Positions 27,797 to 39,102 of a stretch of 64,000 bases of DNA are shown here, piece after piece. Below the pieces are notes generated by a model that was given only the letters and a program-made list of their open reading frames with translations, was not told the DNA's origin and did not search any database. Both the position numbers and the translations under genes were made by a program. Origin of the DNA: Bispira polyomma. Lineage: Eukaryota. The stretch is from NCBI GenBank assembly GCA_965649765.1, contig OZ287748.1:71982001-72046000 (forward strand), read 5' to 3'. Each line of letters starts with the position of its first letter. Position 1 is the stretch's first letter.

Positions 27797-27989
27797 GTCA
27801 GTGACTATGTCCTATAGTGACAATATTGTTATATCTATTACGGTCTCTCGTGGCATAGTGGTTAGAGAATTGTTATGGTGAATAGAAGGTACATGGTTCT
27901 ACTCCCATTTGGGGGAGTTGGTCTGGTGATAGGAAGGTTCCTGGTTGGATAACATGTCTTGAATATCTGTCGTTCCTGCTACTGCAACA

Positions 27990-28700
27990 TCAGTGAATTT
28001 CGCAGGATTCGACGGCATTTAACTCAAGAAAATGCCATTGCAGTGGCAAATGCCCTGGTATCAAGTCGACTAGATTACTGCAACTCACTACTATATGGAA
28101 TTGCACAGGGCCAAATAGGCAAGATACAGAAATTTTAAAATAACCTGTGCAGAATAGTAAGCCATGCTAGCCCTTGCACTCACACAACTCCCCTGCTGAA
28201 ACAATAACATTGGCTACCTATTGAATTCTGTATTAAATTTAAGGTTAAATTGTCCTTATTTTTAAGACATGTATGTACATCATCCTGCCTACTTATCATC
28301 TATGTTGTCTCTCAGCAATCTTACCAGAGGTAATCGTCTCTCCAACTCTGGTTTCCTACCCAAAAAATTAGTTGGTTCAAAATCATTCTTAGTCGCAGAA
28401 CCTTTCAGCAAAAAGCTCAAAACACATCTGTATCAGCTCGCTTTCCCACCCTGGCATTCATCTGCTGGTCACGACTGAACTCTGATCACAAACCGTTTTC
28501 CATCTACCTGACTATCCTTTTCCACACTTATTAGGATATGTGCCACAGAGGATGTCTGGTTCATTAGGGAAGATAACATCTTGGGAAAAATGTGAACATG
28601 CCTTTGCCTGCTAAATATGACCCAGGCTATATCGTAGCACAATCGCTTTCAGAGAAGAACAAGTGCCTGAGATATATTAACAGGGCACTATACAAATACT
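27990..28700 (+). mobile_element. L2/CR1-group LINE 3' fragment
   Basis: Decayed frame ANALVSSRLDYCNSLLYG...HTTPLLKQ*HWLP, typical of L2 ORF2 C-termini. Same family as 46040-46610. Confidence 0.8.
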
Positions 28701-29299
28701 TCACATTTGTGAATTAATTTATGCAACTTTGAGGTTTGCCATGATCTAGTGGTAAGGGGGTTGACCTGCTGCCCTGGTGGTATATATCAACCCTATATAC
28801 ATGTATTGCCACAGGAATTGCTTTTGGGCTACATCCTTGGGTATGATATTAACATGCAGTTGCCTCTGCAATAACTCAGTGGTAATGGTTAGATCATTTG
28901 ATAAATACCAATGCTATGTTGTTGCATCTTAAACTAAGTATTAGAGTCATGTTTAAAGTCTATGAAGTATATCCTCTCTTTAAAAAGAGAACAAACACAA
29001 ACAAAATCTACCTTGGTCAAACACAAAATCTATCTTTGTTTATCTTAGCTTAAACAATTTGCTTCTGCCAGAGATGTTATGTTTTTTACCAGTGTGTGTG
29101 CCTGTCACTAGTATTACACAAAACTTCTAAACAATATACATGAATATGGGTAGGTAAGGTGGGTGGCGTATGGGCCCAGATGAACTCATAAATTTTAAAA
29201 ATGATCCGGGTGGATCCAGGTAATTGGAAGAATGGAAGACATTCTAGTTTATAATAAAGTTTGGTAATGAAATATTAGTAATGACCTCTACTAAATCTA

Positions 29300-29500
29300 A
29301 TCTACTCTATAACTTAAAGGCGCTGAATCTATGTACTAGCGGATTTTGAGGCACAACATCCAAAATCATTGTTCACTAGTGGTATTGTGGTGGACAGAGA
29401 AAGTGTCTCTGTCAGAGATACAGATAGGTCTTGAGCTTGCCTTTGAAGGTTGAAAGAGAAGGGCAATATGTAGTGGTAGATCATTCCATAACTAAGATTG
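29300..29500 (-). mobile_element. LINE 3' end fragment with (TAGAT)n-like tail
   Basis: Minus strand reads SFNLQRQAQDLSV.. then gttgtgcctcaaaatcc...agcgcct..tagattagat. A similar tail lies on + at ~2120-2194. Confidence 0.5.
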
Positions 29501-30769
29501 AAATGGATTTTTGATTTGTGTATGAGGCGATCAAAGGGACATAGAGGAACAATATAAAAAATCAACAATGTAAGAATATTTAAATGATAAAATATATCTG
29601 AAAAACTAAGTTTAAATGTATACTGTCCATTGGTATATATTTTATAGTTCCAAAAGAAAGCAGATGTTTTAGTATCCCGAGTATGAGACTTAAGCAAGGT
29701 TAGGTTAGATTAAACCAAAGTGTGAGTAATATTAACTCCGATGATAAACCACTTACATGAAAGATTATCCTAAATTGTAGCTAGCACTAGACTATTAACT
29801 TCTATCCCTTTCTTTTACATAAAGAAATATATTGTGGACATTCTGACATGGCTCAAACTAAACTGATGTGTCACACCCATGCGTCTTTAAAGCAATATTT
29901 TATAATGCAATTTGAAGTCTAGCTTTAGGTAATCAAAATACCCGATGAAAACAATATCAAAAGAAACTTCAAAGAGTAATGTTTTATTATCTTAAAGCGG
30001 ATAAAGAATGCCCCCCTCCATCTCTGGATTTAAAGCTGTTATTTTTATGGAAACCTATTTATCCAAGGCATGGACCATTACACTTATCAATTCCGACAGA
30101 AAATTTTACATCTCATTTCTTGCTGCAAGAAAGGAGATTACCATTGAATACCAAAGATATACAATGTGTGAGATAAATCTACAGGAGTGATTTTAAGAAA
30201 ACAACGTCATGTATTCACATCTTTCTTTAAAATGCATATTACATCTTGATTATTTACATCATGATGATTCCTTTAAGCTATATTTTCCTGTTGCAAATAT
30301 AGGAAACTGTTACCTCAGTCCAAAAAGTACAACCCACCTTAGTTTTTGCTACCCACCTTTACTTATTGCACTCCACTTTACTTCATACTTCATTGACTTC
30401 CAATCATATTATAGCTACCCCTTTAGCATAGCTGTACTTTGTAAATCTTCATCATATCATTGAATGACAAAAAGCAAGAAACAGCACAGAAATTGTACAT
30501 CTTTTTACTGTGTTACATCTTAACTAACTTTCTCTCAAGCCTTTTTTTATATAAATTTTTTTTATTTACACAAATAACATTACAATTACAGTTATACAAG
30601 ACAGTAAGACAGTGTACGAAACAATAATAAAGTTACAAATTACATACAAAGGACAATTTTTACCAGTCAGTACAATAATACATTGAAATAGAGGTTTTAC
30701 CATTTTTTTAAAGCTAATTACGTTCGTTTTCAGAAAGTTAAACCAGCTAGAGAGTAAGTTTAGGTAGAA

Positions 30770-31109
30770 AGTAGTCTTTTTTATATAAAGTTGAAATTCA
30801 GTTCTAGAAATTGACACCAAAACCATATTATTTAAGTATTTTAGTCAAAAAACACCATTTAACGGTATCAAAGGTATTTTCAAAGTCTGCTAGCAGGATA
30901 AAACATAAAATTTTATGACACTTACAATAGTCAATATGATCAGAAATTAGTCTAATGTTTTCGCCACAATACCTATTTTCTATATATCCTACCTGATCAG
31001 GACTAATAATTTCTGTCAATCTTATTTTCAGCCTGTTACTTAATACTTTACCGAGGATCTTATAATCTGTGTTTAAAATAGAGAGAGGACGCCAGGATTT
31101 CAAGTCAGT
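30770..31109 (-). pseudogene. LINE ORF2, RT domains 1-3 (part downstream of the YR insertion)
   Basis: TDLKSWRPLSILNTDYKILGKVLSNRLK...DQVGYIENR..GENIRLI...DFENTFDTVKW. The rest of RT is deleted. Confidence 0.9.
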
Positions 31110-31503
31110 ATTGTAGTCACTGCTCGCAACGCATGGCTAGTCAGTCATGAAGTTGTAATACCTTACTGTATTATTTATTTACTTAAGAATTGTTTACCTA
31201 GATATACCAATCCTAGACCAGAACCTCTCTTACCTCACTACAAATCAAATTCCTTAGGGTTAAGTCAATTTCCCGCCTTTTCTCATATTTGGTCATTATT
31301 AAGTTGCAAGTTAATGAAGCAACACCTTGAAATTACATTGGAATCGGCAAATAGAGCCGCCATATTGGAAATAAGTGATCGTGCAAATGGAAACAAGCAT
31401 ATTTTATACTTATTAGACATTATTTTACGTTTATGTTCGGTGATTTTAGTCAGTTTTAACTTCTGTCATCTTATAGTGTGCCTTTTGAATTGGATATCTC
31501 ATT

Positions 31504-32871
31504 ATGGGCCGAGGAAAGAAAAAACAGGTGACTGTAGCTTTGTGTTCATGCTGTAATTATTCACACCCTTGACCAGTGGGTAATAGGTGCTGTCAAGTCA
31601 TCGAAGATGAGTTATCAGAGGCAGAAGCCAGCAGAGTCTTTTCTACTGAAGTTCATGGAGCAGAAGGTGAAACTAGCACGCCCAACTCCGTCGCCGACTC
31701 GAGTCACATTTCCGAAGATCATGTGAGTTCTGGGCAGTTTTAAAAAGACATTTTCACAGAGCAGCAGTCTATGATGAAAACACTAGTTTTCACAGTAGCT
31801 AAATTACAGGAAGACGTATCCGACTTAAAGACGTCTCGTTCGTCTTCCCCTCAGGTCCCGTCAACACCTCAGATGATTAGGCCTCAGATGGCAGCTCCAC
31901 CTAAGCTTCCAACACCACTTACACAGAACATAGGTTCTTCTTTACCATTCACTCAGGACTTCTCTCAGTTCCAGAACCCTGCAGCGAATTACCCAGGAGT
32001 CAACGATTTTCGTCCCCACGTTTCTCATGATACGTACCCGACACGTTACAACACTCACTTCCCAGAGACACGACCAGACCTTTTGACAACTCAACGGGAG
32101 GGTTACACTCAGGACCACGCTCAGAGGTTGCTACAGGATGCAATCTTACCTACTCCGGATGTATTAAAGCAGTCCTCTATGATACAGAACGAGGTCTCAC
32201 AACGTTTAGCCCGTTATGAGGCATGGGCTGCTGACGAATCGCTTCAAGGTAAGCTCAGTACTAAACGCAAATCTGGTCGGTACAATGTATCTGAGGTGTG
32301 TGTTACCGACCCAATAAAACGTTGGTCAAATGAAGCATCTTTATCTGGCATTAACAAGAAACGAGTTTCTTATGATGAACTTACTGTGTCACAATTTGCT
32401 GCAGGTCAATTGCAGAACATTTTAGAAGTGAGAAACCCTACTATTTCTCGCGCCATGTTAATTTAGTTAGCAGATACTTTAAAAGATGCTTCTAACATCT
32501 CCTGGCAGGTAGCCAGAGGTTCTTATGCATGCAACATGCACGATGTGGAAGAGGGGCTCCTCAGCTGGGTAGATGAAACTAGGTGGATGATGAACCGACT
32601 GTCCTATTCGCAGGCCTTAATTTCAAACGGCTCGTCTTCAAATTCAACCTCCTCGAATTCCTCCTCGGCCACCGGAAAGCATGAGATGTCATGCAAGCAC
32701 TATCAGAAGAATACGTGTCAGCATTAAAAGGACCACGAGGGCAACAACGCCATTTTTAAACATATCTGTGCCAATTGTTTTTATTTGAATAAGAAGCAGA
32801 ACGCATACCCAGAATCCAAGTGTTTTAAACTCTACGGACGACCCGCAGTGCCTACCAACACACCCCAATAG
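31504..32871 (+). pseudogene. YR element gag-like ORF (~455 codons, 4 premature stops)
   Basis: One frame from ATG 31504 (MGRGKKK..CSCCNYSHP*PVGNRC) through ORFs 31771-32466 and 32536-32727 to a C-terminal Cys/His cluster (CKHYQKNTC.H..DH...HICANC...YPESKC). Stops at 31570, 31741, 32464 and 32725. Confidence 0.85.
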
Positions 32872-33619
32872 GGGTGCGGACTTTCGACAGTCACCACAGC
32901 CAGTAGTTATATACAGTGTGTTAAACCGGATGTCGAGAATGCAGAGCAGGAGCATTGTGAGAGCATGAACTTAAGACATGAGTATAATAAGCAAAATTTT
33001 GAATTAGTTAACCAAAGGAACATTTTTATGAACAGTATGAGCTTTAGGGATGGACAGTTCCTAAATGATTGTTCTCATGATGTAGTCACGACAGATGGAC
33101 AAAATAGCGTTTCGTGTAGTAGAGATTCAGCTTCATATCCTGTTGGTCACAAGTTGTGTCCAGCAAAAATTGATGTCAGTAATGGTTTTATTGCAACCTC
33201 TTTTTTGGTTGTCTAGTAATCACAGTTATTATGGCCTTAAAGGCCCAGTGTATTATATTGTTTGTAATGTTGACCCCAGTGTGTCAGGTGTATACACTTG
33301 GGTCTTCTTTCAAGGTCAATGGTCACTTCAGAAACATGATCTCTCTCTGATAAAAATGTGGCCAATCAGTTTTGTTCACACATTATCTGTACCTGTTTTA
33401 GTTAGAAAGACTGTTTCACATAGCAAGGTTCAACCTTTACCAAGACCTAAGAAGGTCACTCATACCCGTACAAAAATCAGTTCTTCTGATTATTATATTA
33501 ACATCATTGACAACATTTGTAGACAAACCACACAAACAACATACAACAAGCATATAAACACACATGTGAATGACAAGTTCCTTTCATGAAACCATACAAT
33601 AACTGAGGACACACATATA

Positions 33620-35455
33620 GTGACCAACCTTCCACAGGACGTTGTACTACAAAACGATTCCATACAGGACTCGTTCACAGTTGAAAAAATTTTGAATGAG
33701 GACATTTTACCTACGGACCAAAGAACTTATGGCTTCATCTCTCAAGGGAGAAACCAATTTTACTTCATAAGACCAGACAGACAACAGGTAGACTTGACTT
33801 CTTATGATAAGTTAATTGAAGTAGCTGACATCATAAAAACTACTAAGGTACCAAATTACAGACAAGCGCGTTTCTCCATCAAAAGTGATCTCAATGTTCT
33901 CAATTGGAAGAAATACTTAGTCGATTATCCGGATCAAATTGTTTTGCAGTATGTAGAATTCGGGTTTCCTATATCTCTGTATGAGAGGGACAGATTGAAG
34001 GTCATAAATGTCAAAAACCATTATTCGGCTATGACGTTTCCACAAGCCATTGAGAAGTATTTTGTTACAGAAGTAGCTAAGTGCACCATAGTGGGCCCTA
34101 TTTTAGAAAAACTTCACCCGGATATACATTGTTCACCTTTATTAACTGTACCCAAAGATACTGATCAGCGTTGTTTAGTCCTAAACCTTTCTCACCCCCT
34201 TGGACAATCTGTAAATGATTGTACAATTAAAAATAAATATGATAACGTCGAGTTTAACTTAAGGTTACCTACCATTGATCAAATTACTACCCGTATTGTT
34301 GAGTTAGGAGCTAAGGCCACCTTAGCGAAAGTGTACGTCGCTCACGCGTTTAGAAATTTAAGAATTGATTCTTTTGATTGTTTGAAGTTAGGTTACTTTT
34401 GGAAAAATAATTATTTCATTGATCTTAGTTTAACTTTTGGACTCACCCACGGCACGGCGGCCTTTATGATGGTTTCTGATTGTATTACTTATATTGTTAG
34501 ACAGAAAGGGTATATAGTCTACAATTATATAGATGATTTCATACTCATTGAGACTGAAGATAAGGCTGACTTAGCTTATACTACTTATACTATTCTAGCA
34601 GACCTAGGTCTCCCCATTAATGCGAAGAAACTAGTTCCCCCCAGTAAGCGTGTAACTTGCATGGGTATCACCATTGACATAGACCTTGAAACACTCAGTA
34701 TTGAACAAACTAAATTAGACTCCATATTTGATACCTGTGTAGAATGTAAATACTTGCATAAAGTACGTAAACAGAAGTACCAGTCACTGCTGGGAAAGTT
34801 ATTGTACATACAGCGCTGTGTAACGAATTCTCAGATATTTATGAACAGAATGTTAACTTTATTAAGGCAGTCCGCTAGTAGTAAAACAGTACTTTTGACA
34901 AGCGAATTTCATAAGGATTTACAATGGTTCTTAACTTTTCTCAGACAATTCAATGGTACAACTAAGTACCCATACTTGGATAGTTCACGTGACGTTCTAC
35001 TACAAGTCGACGCTTGTTTATCCAGAATCGGTGGGATTTCTGGTTTAGAGGTTTTCAAAGCCCCTCTACCATGCTTCCTTAAACAAACACTTTCCATTGT
35101 CCATTTTGAAATGGTCAGTATTCTCATAGCTTTCGAATTATGGGGTCACAAATGGAGTAATAAAAAGATCAAGATACAATCGGATAACATGGCTGTGGTG
35201 TCTGTTGTACAGTCATCCAGAACCAGAGACGACTACTCAGGCTTGTGTTTAAGGAATATCTGGCAGATCTGTGCCTTAAGGAATATTGACTTGACTATCA
35301 GACATATACCTGGCAAGGATAACATAATAGCAGACGCTCTATCTAGGTGGTTTGAACTAGACCATTATGATAGTACAATAAAACAAGAACTCGTAGACAA
35401 CTTCACCATGCATGACATACCTATTGAATTTTTTACCTTAGATACTTATGTGTAA
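33620..35455 (+). CDS. YR element reverse transcriptase-RNase H
   Basis: HCSPLLTVPK, LVLNLS, FGLTHG, YIDD. RNase H VDAC, E, SDN, NIIADALSR. The first RT Asp appears as Tyr (AKVYVAHAFR). The frame extends upstream to 33086 through a TGA at 33587. Confidence 0.93.
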   Translation: MTNLPQDVVLQNDSIQDSFTVEKILNEDILPTDQRTYGFISQGRNQFYFIRPDRQQVDLTSYDKLIEVADIIKTTKVPNYRQARFSIKSDLNVLNWKKYLVDYPDQIVLQYVEFGFPISLYERDRLKVINVKNHYSAMTFPQAIEKYFVTEVAKCTIVGPILEKLHPDIHCSPLLTVPKDTDQRCLVLNLSHPLGQSVNDCTIKNKYDNVEFNLRLPTIDQITTRIVELGAKATLAKVYVAHAFRNLRIDSFDCLKLGYFWKNNYFIDLSLTFGLTHGTAAFMMVSDCITYIVRQKGYIVYNYIDDFILIETEDKADLAYTTYTILADLGLPINAKKLVPPSKRVTCMGITIDIDLETLSIEQTKLDSIFDTCVECKYLHKVRKQKYQSLLGKLLYIQRCVTNSQIFMNRMLTLLRQSASSKTVLLTSEFHKDLQWFLTFLRQFNGTTKYPYLDSSRDVLLQVDACLSRIGGISGLEVFKAPLPCFLKQTLSIVHFEMVSILIAFELWGHKWSNKKIKIQSDNMAVVSVVQSSRTRDDYSGLCLRNIWQICALRNIDLTIRHIPGKDNIIADALSRWFELDHYDSTIKQELVDNFTMHDIPIEFFTLDTYV

Positions 35456-36452
35456 TGTCAGATACCTCTGACTCAGCCTCCTCACTGATCAAAGGAGCTT
35501 TGAGACGACTAGGACAAAGCCACAGACCTAGGACACAAAGACAATATGATAGCCAGTTCAGACTTTTCTTGAGCTTTACAGTTTACTTTGATTTGAGGCA
35601 AACCTTTAGCTTTAACAGCATTATAGCCTTTTTAGAATTTATGACACAAACAGGTGTCTCTTACAAAGTATTGAGTAATTACTTATCTGCCATTAGGCAC
35701 AACACAAAAATCCTTAACATTCAGCAAACAGATCTTTATGACCCTAGATTGCCATTATATTTGAGGTCATTAGAACTCACTTCGAAATACACACCTCGGG
35801 TCAAAGGGGTATTTGATTTGCACCAATTGCAACAAATTTCACAAGCTTGTAACCAGTTTAAATTTCCTGACTTATTCAGAACAGCTTTTTTGTTTGCTTA
35901 TTTTGGATTTTTACGCATTTCTAACCTGACCACCACATCAGATCTCCCCTGTGACCCTACCAGACACCCAACAAGGGCTGACGTGTTGCTCGCCCCCCCC
36001 CCCCCCCCCCCGGCATTCACCTCATATTACAATGGAGTAAGACTAACCAAACCAGAAAAAATCCAGATATTATACAACTACCAGAACTCTCAAACCCATG
36101 GCTCTGTCCTGTGAGGGCAGCCACTTCCCTATTTAACAAATACCCTCTGGCCCCTTCTTACCCATTACTAGCAAACCCACTAGATAAAGGCCAGTGCCTT
36201 TCAAACTCGAGCTTAATGCATACTCTTAGTACTATTTTAACGCAGTTGAATATCCCAAAAGAAGGGCATTCTTTCCATTGCTTCAGGCGTTCAGGAGCCT
36301 CCTTGGCATTCAATGCTAACGTCAAACTTCAGCATATCCAAAAGCATGGATGCTGGAAGTCAGATGCTGTTTCGTCTTACCTTCAATCTACCTCTCATGT
36401 TTCCATAATTATTCCAACCACTTTCGCATCCCTCGTCTCTTCTACTTTCTAA
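35455..36452 (+). pseudogene. YR element tyrosine recombinase, frameshifted at a C19 run (35993-36011)
   Basis: Joined frames give FGFLRISN, WSKT, LCPVRA, HSFHCFRRSGA, HGCWKSDAVSSY, i.e. the R-K-H-R-H/W-Y catalytic set. Confidence 0.93.
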
Positions 36453-36647
36453 TTTGGCTTTGGCATTTTAAATTTTTTAATCAAAAATTTATTGTACAGT
36501 TGTATATAGAGACGAGTAGCTAGAATAAAATTATCCCAAACAGCATCTGATTCCTCACTCTCAATAACTATGACCTTTAAAGGTCATTCCTTACACCTCA
36601 AGGTCAGAACAACATTGGTTCAATCTCTCACCACAACAAAAACGACT

Positions 36648-38225
36648 GAGGTGTTTATCCTTTTTAGGTATGAGATTAATTACCCCCCGGCCTCTGACTC
36701 TCTGACAGTTCACCATTCTCAAAGACATTTGAGAAACTTTTAAACACATGGTCACCTATTTCAGTCCAAAAGGTCATGTAAAATTCACAAGGTATTCCAT
36801 CGGGTCCTGGTGTTTTATTATTAGCCAGATAATTTACAGTTTTTTTAACTTCTTCAAATGTAATGGCTTCTTCACAAAGAGATTTACTTCTATCAGATAT
36901 GATGGGAATATTGACATTGCTTGGATATTTTTCCACATTAAGTTGTGATTTATCCATATTTGTATTCAATTCAGAGTATAGTTTTGAGAAATATGTAACT
37001 AGAATATCATCAGGCTTAGTAAACCTTTTGTCTTTGTGCATTGGATCACAAATGTGTTTAACATTATGATTGGCCTTTTCTAGATTTAGAAAGTATTTAG
37101 TGGGTTTCTCAAAATCCTCCAAAAACTTACATCTCGACCTTATGAATGAACTGTGTGCCCTTTCATCGTGTAAATCCTCTAATTGTTTTTTGATGAGATT
37201 GTACTCTTCAATACAACCTAATATTGGAGTACTACAGATATTTTCCTCCACTTTAATCAGTCGTTTTTTTTCTAAATTTCTAAATTCAATTTTTTTTCTT
37301 TTACTTTACTTAATGGAAAAAGTAATTGACTCAGTTCTTATCATACATTTTATGAAATCCCATGATTTAGAAATGTCTTACAAATTTTTCGAATCATTAA
37401 CTACATTCTTAATGACCGTTTTCATAAAGTCAACATATTCTTTATCTTTCAGTAGGCTTACATTTAACTTCCACAAGCCTCTCCCCTTTTTTGTTTATGA
37501 TCTAGAATTAATGAAATTTTGAGTAAGTTATGGTCAGACTTTATACTAGGTAGAATTTTGACTACTTTTGTATTGTATTCTAGGCCACATGATACAAGGA
37601 AAAAGTCAATTCTAGATTGTTGAAAGCCAGAACGTGTTTTTTCTCATCTTATATATCGAGTGGTATCAGAGTGTTTTATTCTTCAGATAACATCTAAAGG
37701 AATCATCAACTGTGACAAATGCTTTATATAACCTGGGTTTTTACACAAGATACTTGTATCATGGATGCTATATAGATTTATATTAAAATCACCCCCAATT
37801 ACAATGCTTCCACCAACATAGTTTAAAAGACTGTTTAATAAATATTTCCCAAAGATCTATTGTTCCGGTGTTTTGTCTATTATAGGAGCATACAAATTAA
37901 CAATTATGTATCTCTGGTCTGATATTGTACAATCTAGCAGTAGAAATCTACCAAAGTCATCATTTTTTATATCCAATATAACCATATCTATGCCAGGGGA
38001 AGTTAATATTGCAACTCCTCTACTATTTGAGGTACCATGAGAAAATTCAATTGTTCCATCCCATTGGTTTCTCCACAATTTTTCAGTGATACTTGATGAA
38101 TGAGATTCTTGTATTAGGAATAATGCAGGCCCCATCCCCTTAAACCAGGAGAAAATAGTTTGTCTTTTACATTTATCACCCAAGCCTCTTGTATTAAAGC
38201 AAAATATATTAAAAATATCACCCAT
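36648..38225 (-). pseudogene. LINE ORF2 N-terminal part (APE endonuclease and linker)
   Basis: ORFs 37857-38249 and 36676-37251 plus decayed intervening sequence (GGDFN, SRIDFFL, SDH, GLWKLN, EKPTKYFLNLEK). Confidence 0.9.
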
Positions 38226-39102
38226 TATATGCAAATATATAATCGTCATTAATTTTATCCACTGGCTTAGATACCTTTATCACCTCAAAATTGTTGGTCA
38301 TACTCCAAAAAGAAATAATGCCAAATACTGAAATGTTTTGTTACATCCTGTAGCCATGCCATTGTATTTACTATACTTAATAATATAATATACTGATCAT
38401 ATAATCACAATATATATAAGAATTAAAAAAAGCAAAAACAGACAAAAGACACAATAGTTTTACTACCTTGTCTTGCTAAAGTATTTAGAACAACAACAAA
38501 ACACATAAAAATAAACATGAAAGAACAATATACATACCATACTCTATAAACCGAACATGCCATGCTAAGTAATACATAAAAAGTGCCATATAAAAAGTGC
38601 CATCCAAATCTAACACTTTTTTTAATCCCTTGCAAAAGGCGGTCATTACTGTTAATTGATAGGTATTAAGTTAGCTTACAGTTAATATAAGTGAATCAAA
38701 GCCAAACATAGAAGAGGTGCAGTGTATCAGTATATCAATCTGAATTATTACACAATATTGTAACAACATGTATGCCACAATAATCACATGACACAATGTC
38801 AGACAGTTTGATGGCATATCATCAGCTAATAATTAATACAAGACTTGCTTGTTTTAGACAATATATTTATAACTCCCTTTATTAGACTTCTTTATGTGGA
38901 GTTATTACGTTTCAAAAATAGCATACCAATATGCCACTAAAAGAAAATGTGAGCATATTTTTAATTACTATCCTATGTGACACAGTGACAGATGTGACAC
39001 ACACATAAAACACACACAAAAAAACGCACACACTCACGTCATGTTAACTTCTTTCATCTAGGATTTTGATTTTGAGATTTACAGTAGAATTTGTGCTACC
39101 CC

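Larger units (their letters stand above)
31110..36647 (+). mobile_element. Ngaro-like tyrosine-recombinase retrotransposon (DIRS order), near complete but inactivated
   Basis: Order gag, RT/RNase H, YR. No methyltransferase. Boundaries are fixed by the interrupted LINE frame (KKDKHL|TDLKSWRP). No TSD. Confidence 0.93.

Noticed and set aside
31570-33589. All five premature stops in YR element 1 are explainable as sense-strand C>T, suggesting APOBEC- or RIP-like editing
   Set aside because: C>T at CGA/CAA/CAG is the commonest route to nonsense codons anyway. Without a consensus I cannot show strand or context bias.
35300-35460. DIRS1-type DNA adenine methyltransferase after RNase H
   Set aside because: pol ends ~35 aa after ADALSR with no DLFA/NPP motifs. 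This supports a Ngaro-like rather than DIRS1-like call.
37070-37522. 150-aa + strand ORF, and similar ORFs at 36748, 36863, 34585 and 34909
   Set aside because: These are antisense shadows of LINE ORF2 or pol with no domain features.
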